Below are positions 36,951 through 46,658 of a stretch of DNA of 64,000 nucleotides, in pieces. The notes beneath the pieces are model-generated. The model did not search any database. It saw nothing but the letters and a program-made list of their open reading frames with translations, and was not told where the DNA came from. The stretch is from Crocinitomicaceae bacterium (GTDB lineage: Bacteria > Bacteroidota > Bacteroidia > Flavobacteriales_D > Crocinitomicaceae). The stretch's first letter is position 1. Each line of letters opens with the position of its first letter. Where the stretch lies: contig JBIIKG010000001.1 of the NCBI GenBank assembly GCA_044233275.1, positions 610 through 64,609 of the forward strand. The letters run 5' to 3'. The position numbers and the translations under genes were made by a program.

Positions 36951-36981
36951 CTGTCTCCAGCCTAATGCCTAAATCTAGTTC

Positions 36982-37581
36982 CTAGTCCCTAGAAGCCTTC
37001 AACTCCCTATCCACCACTTCCAATTCTTTATAAAAATCTTCACCAAAAGCACGAATCAAAGGTTCTTTTAAAAATCTAAAAACAGGAACATCTAATTTAT
37101 CACCACAAGCACAAGCTGGAGCACAAATTGGCCAAACATCATAATTTAATGCTTCGAAATCATTGAATTGCTTTACTCGAATAGGATACAAATGACAAGA
37201 AATTGGTTTTTTGAAATTCGTTTTCCCTTCATTGTAGGCTTGTTCTACAGCGCATTTGGTAATTCCTTTCTCATCAAAATAAACAAAGGCACACTCTTCT
37301 CCACCATTTAATAAAGCCGTTACTGGCTCATTGTCTTGGTCTATATAGAAAACACCATTTCTTTCTACTTCTGCAACGCCTTCTGGTCGCATGTAGGGAA
37401 TGATATGTTCTAAATTATCTTCCAACAAGTGAATTTCTTCAAATGTTAAGGGCGCTCCTGAATCACCTTCTATGCAACAAGCACCCTTGCATGCATTCAA
37501 ATCGCAGACAAATTTTCGTTCGAAGATTTCTGTCGAAACCACCTTGTCTTTTACCTCAATTAACATTTTAATTTTTTTCAA
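36982..37581 (-). CDS. DUF3109 family Cys-rich protein
   Basis: 199 aa. FERKFVCDLNACKGACCIEGDSGAPL and the later CHLYP and CAPACACG motifs match my recollection of Bacteroidota DUF3109 proteins. Confidence 0.65.
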   Translation of the reverse strand: MKKIKMLIEVKDKVVSTEIFERKFVCDLNACKGACCIEGDSGAPLTFEEIHLLEDNLEHIIPYMRPEGVAEVERNGVFYIDQDNEPVTALLNGGEECAFVYFDEKGITKCAVEQAYNEGKTNFKKPISCHLYPIRVKQFNDFEALNYDVWPICAPACACGDKLDVPVFRFLKEPLIRAFGEDFYKELEVVDRELKASRD

Positions 37582-37617
37582 ATATACGATACCAAGAAAC
37601 TAAATTAACGTAGGCGC

Positions 37618-37647
37618 TTGGATTTTTAAAAAAAGTAGGTATATTTG
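37618..37647 (+). promoter_or_regulatory. Candidate Bacteroidota sigma-A promoter for rimP-nusA-infB
   Basis: TATATTTG at 37640-37647 fits the -7 consensus TAnnTTTG. A TTG at 37618-37620 sits about 20 nt upstream (-33 element). Confidence 0.45.
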
Positions 37648-37678
37648 CAGTGCATTTACGAAGAAATTAACGCAAAAT

Positions 37679-37703
37679 GAGGGGACGAAAGTCCCCTCTT
37701 TTC
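37679..37703 (+). promoter_or_regulatory. Terminator-like leader hairpin 8 nt upstream of the rimP start (candidate attenuator)
   Basis: GAGGGGAC-GAAA-GTCCCCTC: perfect 8-bp GC-rich stem with a GNRA loop, followed by TTTTC. No plus-strand gene ends upstream of it. Confidence 0.5.
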
Positions 37704-37710
37704 ATAACAT

Positions 37711-38187
37711 ATGATTGCAAAAAAGACAATATTGGATTTAATTGATGAGCGCATTGCTGAGCTAGCAAACGGGCTTTTTGTGGTTGATTTAACGATCTCC
37801 GCAACCAATGTAATCCATGTAGAATTAGACAAACATGAAGGAAATGTTTCCGTAAACGATTGTATGTCAGTTTCTAGAAATGTAGAGCATAACTTAGACC
37901 GTGAGGTAGAAGATTTTGAATTACACGTTTCGTCTGCAGGTTTAGACAGACCTTTACGTGTACATGCACAATACGTTAAAAATATTGGTCGTGAAGTAAA
38001 AGTGGTTGCGCAAGATGGAACCAAAACTGAAGGCAAATTGGTGGAAGTAAATGAAAACCAAATCGTTCTTGAAAATTCAAGAATGGAAAGACCAGAAGCC
38101 AAAAAGAAAAAAGAATTGATTGTGGAACAACATGTGTTCCCGTTTGAGCAAATAAAAGAAACAAAAATTATCATTTCATTTAAATAG
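37711..38187 (+). CDS. rimP: Ribosome maturation factor RimP
   Basis: 158 aa, located immediately upstream of nusA. Contains the LEVSSAGLDRPL-like segment (HVSSAGLDRPL). Confidence 0.9.
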   Translation: MIAKKTILDLIDERIAELANGLFVVDLTISATNVIHVELDKHEGNVSVNDCMSVSRNVEHNLDREVEDFELHVSSAGLDRPLRVHAQYVKNIGREVKVVAQDGTKTEGKLVEVNENQIVLENSRMERPEAKKKKELIVEQHVFPFEQIKETKIIISFK

Positions 38188-38193
38188 GTAAAC

Positions 38194-39429
38194 ATGAATA
38201 GCCTTGAATTGGTTGACTCGTTTTCGGAGTTCAAAGAATTGAAAAGCATCGACAAACAAACGATGCAACATGTGTTGGAAGACGTTTTCAGATCTATGCT
38301 GAAAAAGAAATTCAATACCGATGAGCATATTGACATCATTGTAAATATTGATAAAGGAGATGTGCAAATCTTCATTAATAAAGAAATTGTTGATGATGGT
38401 GAAGTAGAAGATCAGAATACAGAGATTGCTTATTCTGACGCAATTAAAATTGAACCTGATTTTGAAATCGGGGAAGAGGTAACTGAAGAATTCCGTTTCG
38501 CTGATTTCGGTCGTAGAAACATTCTTTCACTGCGTCAAAACTTGATTTCTCGTATTTTGGAATTGGAAAAAGACCACTTATACAAGAAATATAAAGAAAG
38601 AGTTGGTGAAATCATCACAGGTGAAGTTTACCAAGTTTGGAAAAAAGAAATTATGGTTATGGATGATGAAGGCAATGAGCTTTTATTGCCAAAATCTGAA
38701 CAAATTCCTTCTGATTACTTCAAGAAAGGTGAAACTGTTCGTGCGGTTGTTGCAAAAGTTGATATGCGCAACAGTAGCCCAGTTATTATCCTATCGAGAA
38801 CAGCCCCTGAATTTCTAGAGCGTTTGTTCGAATTGGAAGTACCAGAAGTATTTGATGGTTTAATTACTATCAAGAAAATCGTACGTGAGCCAGGTGAAAG
38901 AGCAAAAGTTGCTGTTGAATCTTATGATGACCGAGTAGACCCAGTTGGAGCTTGTGTCGGAATGAAAGGATCTCGTATACACGGAATCGTTCGTGAGCTA
39001 AGAAACGAGAACATTGATGTAATCAATTACACATCAAATCCTCAATTGTTAATTCAACGAGCACTGTCGCCAGCTAAAATTTCTTCTATTGATATCAATG
39101 AAGAAGATAAGCGCGCGAAAGTTTTCCTTAAACCAGACCAAGTATCATTGGCGATTGGTAAAGGTGGACACAATATTAAACTTGCGGGCAAATTAACCGG
39201 TTATGAACTGGATGTTTACCGTGAAGGAGAAGTAGATGTAGAGGATGTGGATTTAGAAGAATTTGCAGATGAAATCGACGGATGGATCATTGATGAATTA
39301 AAGGCAATCGGATTGGATACAGCGAAGTCTGTAATCGAAATGAGTGTAAAAGACTTAGTTCACCGTACTGATTTAGAAGAAGAAACAATCGAAGAAGTAA
39401 TGAAAATACTTCGCGCTGAATTCGAATAA
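38194..39429 (+). CDS. nusA: Transcription termination/antitermination factor NusA
   Basis: 411 aa. S1 domain (GEIITGEVYQV) and KH domains (PVGACVGMKGSRI, LAIGKGGHNIKLA). Confidence 0.95.
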   Translation: MNSLELVDSFSEFKELKSIDKQTMQHVLEDVFRSMLKKKFNTDEHIDIIVNIDKGDVQIFINKEIVDDGEVEDQNTEIAYSDAIKIEPDFEIGEEVTEEFRFADFGRRNILSLRQNLISRILELEKDHLYKKYKERVGEIITGEVYQVWKKEIMVMDDEGNELLLPKSEQIPSDYFKKGETVRAVVAKVDMRNSSPVIILSRTAPEFLERLFELEVPEVFDGLITIKKIVREPGERAKVAVESYDDRVDPVGACVGMKGSRIHGIVRELRNENIDVINYTSNPQLLIQRALSPAKISSIDINEEDKRAKVFLKPDQVSLAIGKGGHNIKLAGKLTGYELDVYREGEVDVEDVDLEEFADEIDGWIIDELKAIGLDTAKSVIEMSVKDLVHRTDLEEETIEEVMKILRAEFE

Positions 39430-39493
39430 TTGATCCGTATACCGTATCTTGTAACACAGAATTGATTAACAAAAAGAAGGACGCATAAATTAT

Positions 39494-42313
39494 ATGGCCG
39501 GAAAACCAATAAGATTAGGAAAAGCAGCTGGAGAACTCAATGTGGGTATGTCTACGCTTGTCGAATTCCTTGGATCCAAAGGGATTAAAATTGATGTCAG
39601 CCCTAACACAAAGTTGGAGGAAGAGCATTATGATATCCTTCGGAAAGAATTTGCCGCAGATCAAAGTCTGAAAGAGCAATCAAAGTTCAGCGCAGTGAAA
39701 AGAGAAAAGCGTGAGTCAGTTTCTATTCGAGATAAAGAAGAAGAAACAACACACGCACCTCAAGTTGAAGAAGAAGAAGATGGTGAGCCAATTAGCGCGG
39801 AAGAAATTAAGCGCAATATCATTATGGAAACTCCTGTTGCAAAGGTAGAAGAACCTGTTGTAAAGGTTGAAGAACCAATAGTGGAAGAAGCGGCTGAACA
39901 AAAAACAGTAAGCTCTGGTGATGTTCATGTTTCTGTTATCGGCAAAATTGATTTGGATAAAATCAATAGCAAAACACGACCAGATAAAAAGAAACACGAA
40001 GAAAATAAGCCGAAACCTGTTGCTCCAACACCAGTAGAAGCTGTTAAACTGGTTGCTGAAAAGGCAGAAGATGTTAAGGTTGTTGTTCCTGAAGCGAAAG
40101 TTGAAGAACCTGACTCGGAAGGCCCAAAAGAAATCGAAACTATTCGTGTTGAACGAAAAGTGTTGACAGGACCGACAGTTTTGGGAAGAATTGAACTTCC
40201 TGTTGAGCGACCAAAAACGCCCAATCAAAAATCTGCCGCTGGTCAAGCTGCTGCGGATGCACGCAAAAAACGTAAAAGAATCAAGAAAGTTGATCCTGCA
40301 AAACAACCAAATGCCGGAACAACGCCAACTACCAATACACCAACTACAGGAGGAGGAACTGCTAATAGACCCCCAGCAAGAGGAGGAAATAAGTTCGCTA
40401 AGCCTGAGATCAACGAAAGAGATATTCAAAAGGAGATCAAAGATACCTTGGCGCGTTTGTCAAATCAAGGGGGTAAATCAAAAGCTTCTAAGAATAGACG
40501 TGCGAAACGAGATAACGTAGCTCAGCGTCGTCAAGACGAAGCATTGGCAGCCGAAATGGATGAAAAAATCCTTAAGTTGACGGAGTTCGTTACTGTTTCT
40601 GAATTAGCATCAATGATGAACATTCAACCGACACAAGTAATTTCGGTATGTATGTCTCTTGGTATTTTTGTTTCAATCAACCAACGTTTAGATGCAGAAA
40701 CAATTCATATTGTTGCAGATGAATTTGGTTTTGAAACTGAATTTGTAAGTGCGGAGGTACAAGAGTCTATTCCAATTTATGAAGATAAAGAAGAAGATTT
40801 AATCAATCGACCACCGATTATTACGGTAATGGGTCACGTGGATCACGGTAAAACTTCTTTGTTAGATAGAATTAGAAATGCAAACGTAATCGAAGGTGAA
40901 GCCGGAGGAATTACTCAGCATATCGGTGCCTACTCGGTAACATTGAAAGATGGTCGTAAAATGACTTTTTTAGATACACCAGGTCACGAGGCCTTTACAG
41001 CTATGCGAGCTCGTGGTGCGCAAGTAACTGATGTTGCAGTTATCTTGGTTGCTGCGGATGATGATGTAATGCCTCAAACAAAAGAAGCAATTGCCCATTC
41101 ACAAGCTGCAAATGTACCGATGGTTTTTGCCATCAATAAGATTGATAAAGCAGGAGCAAATCCTGATAAAATACGCGAACAACTTTCTCAAATGAACATA
41201 CTTGTGGAAGATTGGGGTGGAAAGTACCAAGTACAAGAAATTTCAGCGAAACAAGGATTGAACATTGAAGAATTATTGGATAAAGTATTGTTGGAAGCAG
41301 AAATGCTAACATTGAGAGCTAATCCTGATAAAAATGCATTAGGTACCGTAATCGAATCTTCCTTGGATAAAGGAAAAGGTTATGTTACAAATATGCTTGT
41401 TGAGTCTGGCACCTTGAAAGTGGGTGATGTAATCCTTGTTGGAAGACATTACGGTCGTGTTCGTGCAATGCATGATGAAAAAGGAGCGATTTTGAAAGAA
41501 GCCGGACCATCACAACCAGTTTCAGTTCTTGGAATTAACGGTGCACCAAGCGCCGGTGATAAGTTCCACGTCTTAGATGACGAAAAAGAAGCAAAATCAA
41601 TTGCTACGAAACGTGAACAATTGTACCGTGAACAAGGTTTACGTACAACGAAACATATTACCTTGGATGAAATTGGTCGTCGATTGGCGATTGGTGACTT
41701 TAAGGAGCTTAACATCATCATCAAAGGTGACGTGGATGGTTCAATCGAAGCCTTATCTGATACATTATTGCGTCTATCAACTGAAGAAATTCAAATTAAT
41801 ATCGTTCACAAAGGGGTTGGTGCAATCTCTGAAGCAGATGTTAACTTGGCTTCTGCTTCGGATGCCATTATCATTGGTTTCCAAGTTCGACCAACGGTTG
41901 GAGCAAGAAAATTAGCAGAAACTGAACAAATTGATATCCGTCTTTACTCAATTATCTACAAGGCAATTGATGAAATTAAAGCGGCAATGGAAGGAATGTT
42001 ATCTCCAGACATTGAAGAAAAAATTATTGGTTCTGCTGAGGTACGTGAAACATTCGACATTACGAAAGTGGGTACAATTGCAGGATGTTATGTATTGGAT
42101 GGTCTCATCAAGCGTTCAAACAAAATACGTTTGATACGCGATGGAATCGTTATTCATACTGGTGTTCTAGGTTCATTGAAGCGTTTTAAAGACGATGTTC
42201 GAGAAGTAAAAAACAATTATGAATGTGGTTTGAATATTGACAAGTTTGACGACATCAAACCAGGCGATATTATCGAATCATTCGAAGAGGTTGAAGTTGC
42301 AAGAAAATTGTAA
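39494..42313 (+). CDS. infB: Translation initiation factor IF-2
   Basis: 939 aa. Low-complexity E/K/P-rich N-terminal region. GTPase motifs GHVDHGKTSLLD, DTPGHEAF and NKID. Confidence 0.95.
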   Translation: MAGKPIRLGKAAGELNVGMSTLVEFLGSKGIKIDVSPNTKLEEEHYDILRKEFAADQSLKEQSKFSAVKREKRESVSIRDKEEETTHAPQVEEEEDGEPISAEEIKRNIIMETPVAKVEEPVVKVEEPIVEEAAEQKTVSSGDVHVSVIGKIDLDKINSKTRPDKKKHEENKPKPVAPTPVEAVKLVAEKAEDVKVVVPEAKVEEPDSEGPKEIETIRVERKVLTGPTVLGRIELPVERPKTPNQKSAAGQAAADARKKRKRIKKVDPAKQPNAGTTPTTNTPTTGGGTANRPPARGGNKFAKPEINERDIQKEIKDTLARLSNQGGKSKASKNRRAKRDNVAQRRQDEALAAEMDEKILKLTEFVTVSELASMMNIQPTQVISVCMSLGIFVSINQRLDAETIHIVADEFGFETEFVSAEVQESIPIYEDKEEDLINRPPIITVMGHVDHGKTSLLDRIRNANVIEGEAGGITQHIGAYSVTLKDGRKMTFLDTPGHEAFTAMRARGAQVTDVAVILVAADDDVMPQTKEAIAHSQAANVPMVFAINKIDKAGANPDKIREQLSQMNILVEDWGGKYQVQEISAKQGLNIEELLDKVLLEAEMLTLRANPDKNALGTVIESSLDKGKGYVTNMLVESGTLKVGDVILVGRHYGRVRAMHDEKGAILKEAGPSQPVSVLGINGAPSAGDKFHVLDDEKEAKSIATKREQLYREQGLRTTKHITLDEIGRRLAIGDFKELNIIIKGDVDGSIEALSDTLLRLSTEEIQINIVHKGVGAISEADVNLASASDAIIIGFQVRPTVGARKLAETEQIDIRLYSIIYKAIDEIKAAMEGMLSPDIEEKIIGSAEVRETFDITKVGTIAGCYVLDGLIKRSNKIRLIRDGIVIHTGVLGSLKRFKDDVREVKNNYECGLNIDKFDDIKPGDIIESFEEVEVARKL

Positions 42314-42336
42314 TTGAACTTTATAGTTTATTTGGA

Positions 42337-42371
42337 GGGGTCAATCTTAGGGGTTGATCCCTTTCTTTTTT
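42337..42371 (+). terminator. Rho-independent terminator after infB
   Basis: GGGGTCAA...TTGATCCC stem (one G.T pair) followed by TTTCTTTTTT, about 25 nt after the infB stop. Confidence 0.6.
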
Positions 42372-42424
42372 ATGCTTTTTAACAGTTTAACGTTTATTTC
42401 AAAACGCTATTAGCGATATTTCCG

Positions 42425-42432
42425 TAACTTTG
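42425..42432 (+). promoter_or_regulatory. Candidate -7 box for tatA
   Basis: TAACTTTG matches TAnnTTTG, 22 nt upstream of the tatA ATG. I found no clean -33 TTG. Confidence 0.35.
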
Positions 42433-42453
42433 TTTGAATTAAATTGATGTACA

Positions 42454-42630
42454 ATGATTTTAGGAGCATTTGGCCCATGGCAAGTAATCGTGATTTTGGC
42501 AGTTGTTTTACTTCTTTTTGGAGGTAAGAAAATTCCAGAATTAATGAAAGGTCTTGGAAAAGGCGTTAAAGAATTTAAAGACGCTTCGAAAGGTGAGGAA
42601 ACAACTCAACCGGAAGAAAAAAACAGTTAA
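42454..42630 (+). CDS. tatA: Twin-arginine translocase subunit TatA/E
   Basis: Hand translation gives [58 protein letters not shown] (58 aa). It has the canonical TatA helix plus FGxxKxPExxxxxG. Absent from the ORF track, which lists nothing shorter than 60 aa. Confidence 0.85.
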   Translation: MILGAFGPWQVIVILAVVLLLFGGKKIPELMKGLGKGVKEFKDASKGEETTQPEEKNS

Positions 42631-42641
42631 TTACATTCCGA

Positions 42642-44054
42642 ATGTATAAATCTTTTGCTGAAGTAAAGTCCGCCCTTTCTTCGGGTGAATCTGTTTTGGG
42701 TATTGTTGAAGCATACCTGAAGGAAATACACGCGCAAGAAGATCTTAATGCTTTTCTTGAAGTTTTCGAAGAATCTGTAAGGAAAAACGCACAGATTGTA
42801 GATGAAAAACGCAAAAATGGTACAGCAGGGAAACTAGCTGGAATGGTTATCGGACTAAAAGATAACTTCTGTTATGCAGGGCATAAAGTTTCTGCTTCTT
42901 CAAAAATATTGGAAGGATTCGAATCACTTTATACAGGTACAGCTGTTCAGCGTTTACTTGATGAAGATGCCGTTATTATTGGTCGCTTGAATTGTGATGA
43001 GTTTGCAATGGGAAGTTCCAATGAAAACTCGGCTTTCGGACCTGTATTAAATCCATTAGACAAAACAAAAGTTCCCGGAGGCTCATCAGGTGGCTCAGCT
43101 GCAGCTGTTGCGGCTGGTCTGTGCACGGTAGCACTTGGAAGTGACACAGGTGGATCAATCCGTCAGCCAGCCTCTTTCACAGGCACATACGGTTTGAAAC
43201 CATCTTATGGTAGAATTAGTCGCTATGGATTAATTGCCTACGCTTCTTCTTTTGATCAAATCGGACCTTTTACAAATACACTTGAGGATTCAGCGCTCTT
43301 ACTAGAAGTTATGTCTGGTGCTGATGAATTTGATTCTACTTGTTCATCAAAACCAGTAGAAAAGTATACTGAATTCGTTCAACCTGCTAAATTGAAGATT
43401 GCGGTTATCAAGGAAAGCTTCGATGTCGAAGGAATTGATAAAGAAGTAATTCAGAAAATGGAAGAAATCATTGATCAACTTAAAAAAGATGGTCATGAAG
43501 TAGAAAAAGTCTCTTTCCCCTACTTGGATTTCATGGTTCCAACGTATTACGTTCTGACAACAGCTGAAGCATCTTCAAATTTATCACGTTTTGATGGTGT
43601 GCATTTTGGCTATAGAAGCAAAGATGCTCAAGGTGTAGAGCAAACGTATAAAAAATCACGTTCTGAAGGATTTGGTCCCGAAGTAAAAAGACGTATCATG
43701 GCTGGAACCTTCGTTCTTTCGCATGGATATTATGACGCATATTATACAAAAGGTCAAAAGGTACGACGTGTATTGCGCAATAAAACAGATGAAATTTTAT
43801 CCACATTTGATATCATACTTTTACCTACAACACCAGCAACTGCTTTTGGTTTGAACGATGTGAAAGACCCAATTCAAATGTACTTGCAAGATATTTTTAC
43901 AGTTCATTCCAATTTGACAGGTAACCCTTCGATATCATTACCGTTAGGTATGCACTCAAATGGATTACCGTTTGGAATTCAAGTCATGGCAAATCATTTC
44001 GAAGAAAAGAAAATGTTTAATTTCTCATCCTACTTGGAGAGTTGTGTAAAATAA
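42642..44054 (+). CDS. gatA: Asp-tRNA(Asn)/Glu-tRNA(Gln) amidotransferase subunit A
   Basis: 470 aa. Amidase signature GGSSGGSAAAVAAG...GSDTGGSIRQPA. Confidence 0.9.
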   Translation: MYKSFAEVKSALSSGESVLGIVEAYLKEIHAQEDLNAFLEVFEESVRKNAQIVDEKRKNGTAGKLAGMVIGLKDNFCYAGHKVSASSKILEGFESLYTGTAVQRLLDEDAVIIGRLNCDEFAMGSSNENSAFGPVLNPLDKTKVPGGSSGGSAAAVAAGLCTVALGSDTGGSIRQPASFTGTYGLKPSYGRISRYGLIAYASSFDQIGPFTNTLEDSALLLEVMSGADEFDSTCSSKPVEKYTEFVQPAKLKIAVIKESFDVEGIDKEVIQKMEEIIDQLKKDGHEVEKVSFPYLDFMVPTYYVLTTAEASSNLSRFDGVHFGYRSKDAQGVEQTYKKSRSEGFGPEVKRRIMAGTFVLSHGYYDAYYTKGQKVRRVLRNKTDEILSTFDIILLPTTPATAFGLNDVKDPIQMYLQDIFTVHSNLTGNPSISLPLGMHSNGLPFGIQVMANHFEEKKMFNFSSYLESCVK

Positions 44055-44058
44055 TTAT

Positions 44059-45540
44059 ATGAAAGGATTTGTTACCGTGTTATTCGTCTTTTTGAGTGTT
44101 GCTATTTTCGCTCAAAAACCCGCACACCTCGTAAAACCGAGCGACACACTGAACAAAGAAGCTTTTATAAATACCGTAGACCAAAGCTTAATGCTTTTTT
44201 ATCAAGATTATGCCAGCAAGCAAGAATATGATTCAATCATTAAATTATTGAATTATGAGTCGACTGATCTTCCGAAATTTTCTGATGAAGAATATTGCGC
44301 TCGATTGGAGGAGATGAATAAAATGAGTCCTTTTCATTTGGACTGCAATCAAGCAACACTTTCTACCATTAAGTTTTTTGTCGATAAAAGAAGAGGTTTC
44401 ATACGCATTGCAATGGGTCGCTCTGATCTTTATTTCGACATGTTTGAAGAGAAATTAGCAGAATACGGTCTGCCAAAAGAACTTAAATTCCTAGCAGTTA
44501 TTGAAAGTGGTTTGCGTCCACAAGTTAAATCGCGAGCTGGTGCTTTAGGGCTTTGGCAGTTCATGTATCGAACAGGATTATACTTTGGTTTAAAGGAGAA
44601 TTCGTACATCGATGAACGTATGGATCCAGCTTTGGCTACAGATGCTGCATGTAGATATTTCCGTCAATTGTACGGAATTTATGGTGATTGGAATTTAGTG
44701 TTAGCTGCCTACAATGCGGGACCGGGCAACGTAAATAAAGCCATTCGCCGTTCTGGGAATAAAACAAATTATTGGGAGGTTCGCCCCTTTTTACCTGCAG
44801 AAACGCAAGGATACGTGCCTAATTTTATCGCAGCAGCTTACTTGATGACGTATCATGCGGAACACAATATCATCCCTGTAGAAGCGAAAGTACACAACGC
44901 TCAATTAGATACGATGTGTCTGTCTTCGGGTGTACATATGGCAACAATTACCCGTTTGATTAATTGGCCAACAGAAGAAATTAAAGAATTGAATCCAATT
45001 TATAAAACGTCATATGTACCGCAAACAGTTCCTGCGCAGTGTATCACAGGACCTTTAGATCGAATTGGTTTACTTGTTGGCTTAGAAGATTCTTTGTATA
45101 AATTGGAGAAAAGTATTTACTCAGGAACAACCGTTGTTAAGCCTGTAGTTGTTGTTGACGTTCCTGATGAAGGCGATACTGTGGCTATTGATTCAAATCA
45201 AAATCCTACAGAACCCTATTTTTATCATGTGGTGAAGACAGGGGAGACCATGAATGCCATTGCAACCAAATATGTTGTTACAGTCGAGCAATTAATGGAA
45301 TGGAACGCATTGCGTACAACAAATATTTATGCTGGACAACGATTAAAGGTGAAAGGGGCAAACAAATCTGTTCCACCCCCACCAGTGGTGCCAGCTAAAA
45401 AATACTATTCGGTGAGATCAGGTGATACCTTCTCAAAAATCGCTGATAGAAACCGTATGAGTCAAGCAGAATTGCGCAGACTTAACCCTAAAATCAACAT
45501 TAATCGCTTAACAGTCGGTCAAAAAATTAGGATTAGATAA
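44059..45540 (+). CDS. Lytic transglycosylase (SLT domain) with two C-terminal LysM domains (MltD-like)
   Basis: 493 aa with a signal peptide. AVIESGLRPQVKSRAGALGLWQFM...AAYNAGPGNV. LysM segments YHVVKTGETMNAIA and YSVRSGDTFSKIA. Confidence 0.8.
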   Translation: MKGFVTVLFVFLSVAIFAQKPAHLVKPSDTLNKEAFINTVDQSLMLFYQDYASKQEYDSIIKLLNYESTDLPKFSDEEYCARLEEMNKMSPFHLDCNQATLSTIKFFVDKRRGFIRIAMGRSDLYFDMFEEKLAEYGLPKELKFLAVIESGLRPQVKSRAGALGLWQFMYRTGLYFGLKENSYIDERMDPALATDAACRYFRQLYGIYGDWNLVLAAYNAGPGNVNKAIRRSGNKTNYWEVRPFLPAETQGYVPNFIAAAYLMTYHAEHNIIPVEAKVHNAQLDTMCLSSGVHMATITRLINWPTEEIKELNPIYKTSYVPQTVPAQCITGPLDRIGLLVGLEDSLYKLEKSIYSGTTVVKPVVVVDVPDEGDTVAIDSNQNPTEPYFYHVVKTGETMNAIATKYVVTVEQLMEWNALRTTNIYAGQRLKVKGANKSVPPPPVVPAKKYYSVRSGDTFSKIADRNRMSQAELRRLNPKININRLTVGQKIRIR

Positions 45541-45581
45541 TTTCTAGCTTGATTCTTGTTGAGCCGCATAAAAAAATTGTT

Positions 45582-46658
45582 ATGAGATACTTATTTTCTG
45601 CACTTCTACTTATTGGTTCCTTTTTGTTCTTTCAACAATGTGGAGAAAATACAACGAAACGTTTCAGATCGAGTGGCCCATCAGTTACAGGAAATGTGGG
45701 TGAGATTTTAGTCATTTGTGAACAGGGAATATGGGATTCCGAAATAAAGAAATACCTTGATACTAATCTGACTCAGTTTATCATGCCCTATTTTCCAGAT
45801 GTTACTACATTCGAATTAGTACATAGAACTCCTTCTCATTTTGAACAAGGTGTGAAAAGGTTCAGAAATACGCTTTTTGTTACAATCGATCCAAATCACA
45901 AAAAGGATAGAGCGGATATAAATAAACGTATTGGTGTTTGGGCAACCGATCAATTGGTCGTAGATATCGTTGGAAAAGATTACAACCAAGTACTTGAAGC
46001 TTGTAAATTGGGCTTAAAGGCGGTTCATGCTGAATTTGATCTCATGGAATGGAAGCGGATTTTGAAGCAGTTTAAGTCGGATGAAAACCATAATGTTCAA
46101 TCAGAGATTAAAAAGAATTTTGGTATTGACGTATCCTTGCCAGAAGGAGCGAAAATAGTCACAAAAAGAACAAATTTTTACCGTGTAGAATTTCCTGTAA
46201 GTGCTCGACCTATCGAATTTGTCGGTTCAGGAACACAAGAGGCAGGTTCTATTTTTTCAGGAATCATGATTTATCAGTATGATTATAAAGATTCAAGTCA
46301 GTTTGCATTGGAAAATTTATTGATGGCACGCGATACGATGCTTAAGTACAATGTTCCTCACGAAACAGATGGCTTGTTTATGGGAACACAATATGCTGAA
46401 ATGGTCTATCCTGAAGGCAACGAAATGACGACCTATAAAAGCAATATTTCTGGATATGAAATGAGAGGGATGTACGTTTTTACGGGTAAAAAGGTGCATT
46501 CAACTGGTGGAGCGTTTTGGGCTTTTCATTTTGTTCATCCTAAGAAGAAAAAGTTGATTTGTGTAAGTGGATATGTAGATGCACCATCAACGGCAAGTTG
46601 GACTCATCCCTTACGTGAACTTCAAGCTGTTCTAAAAAGTGTTGAATTGGTTAAATAA
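45582..46658 (+). CDS. Putative lipoprotein, DUF4837-like
   Basis: The track ORF starts at a TTG (45549). ATG at 45582 gives MRYLFSALLLIGSFLFFQQCG, a lipoprotein signal. The family call rests on a remembered N-terminal pattern (VTGNVGEILVI..QGIWDSE) and is tentative. Confidence 0.5.
   Translation: MRYLFSALLLIGSFLFFQQCGENTTKRFRSSGPSVTGNVGEILVICEQGIWDSEIKKYLDTNLTQFIMPYFPDVTTFELVHRTPSHFEQGVKRFRNTLFVTIDPNHKKDRADINKRIGVWATDQLVVDIVGKDYNQVLEACKLGLKAVHAEFDLMEWKRILKQFKSDENHNVQSEIKKNFGIDVSLPEGAKIVTKRTNFYRVEFPVSARPIEFVGSGTQEAGSIFSGIMIYQYDYKDSSQFALENLLMARDTMLKYNVPHETDGLFMGTQYAEMVYPEGNEMTTYKSNISGYEMRGMYVFTGKKVHSTGGAFWAFHFVHPKKKKLICVSGYVDAPSTASWTHPLRELQAVLKSVELVK

Noticed and set aside
37656-38375. 239-aa minus-strand ORF
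   Set aside because: It is fully antisense to rimP and the start of nusA, which have clear family motifs. Its product is a low-complexity Ser/Phe/Cys-rich sequence.
39716-40429. 237-aa and 99-aa minus-strand ORFs inside infB
   Set aside because: They lie antisense to the low-complexity E/K/P-rich N-terminal region of IF-2. This is a typical artefact of biased composition.
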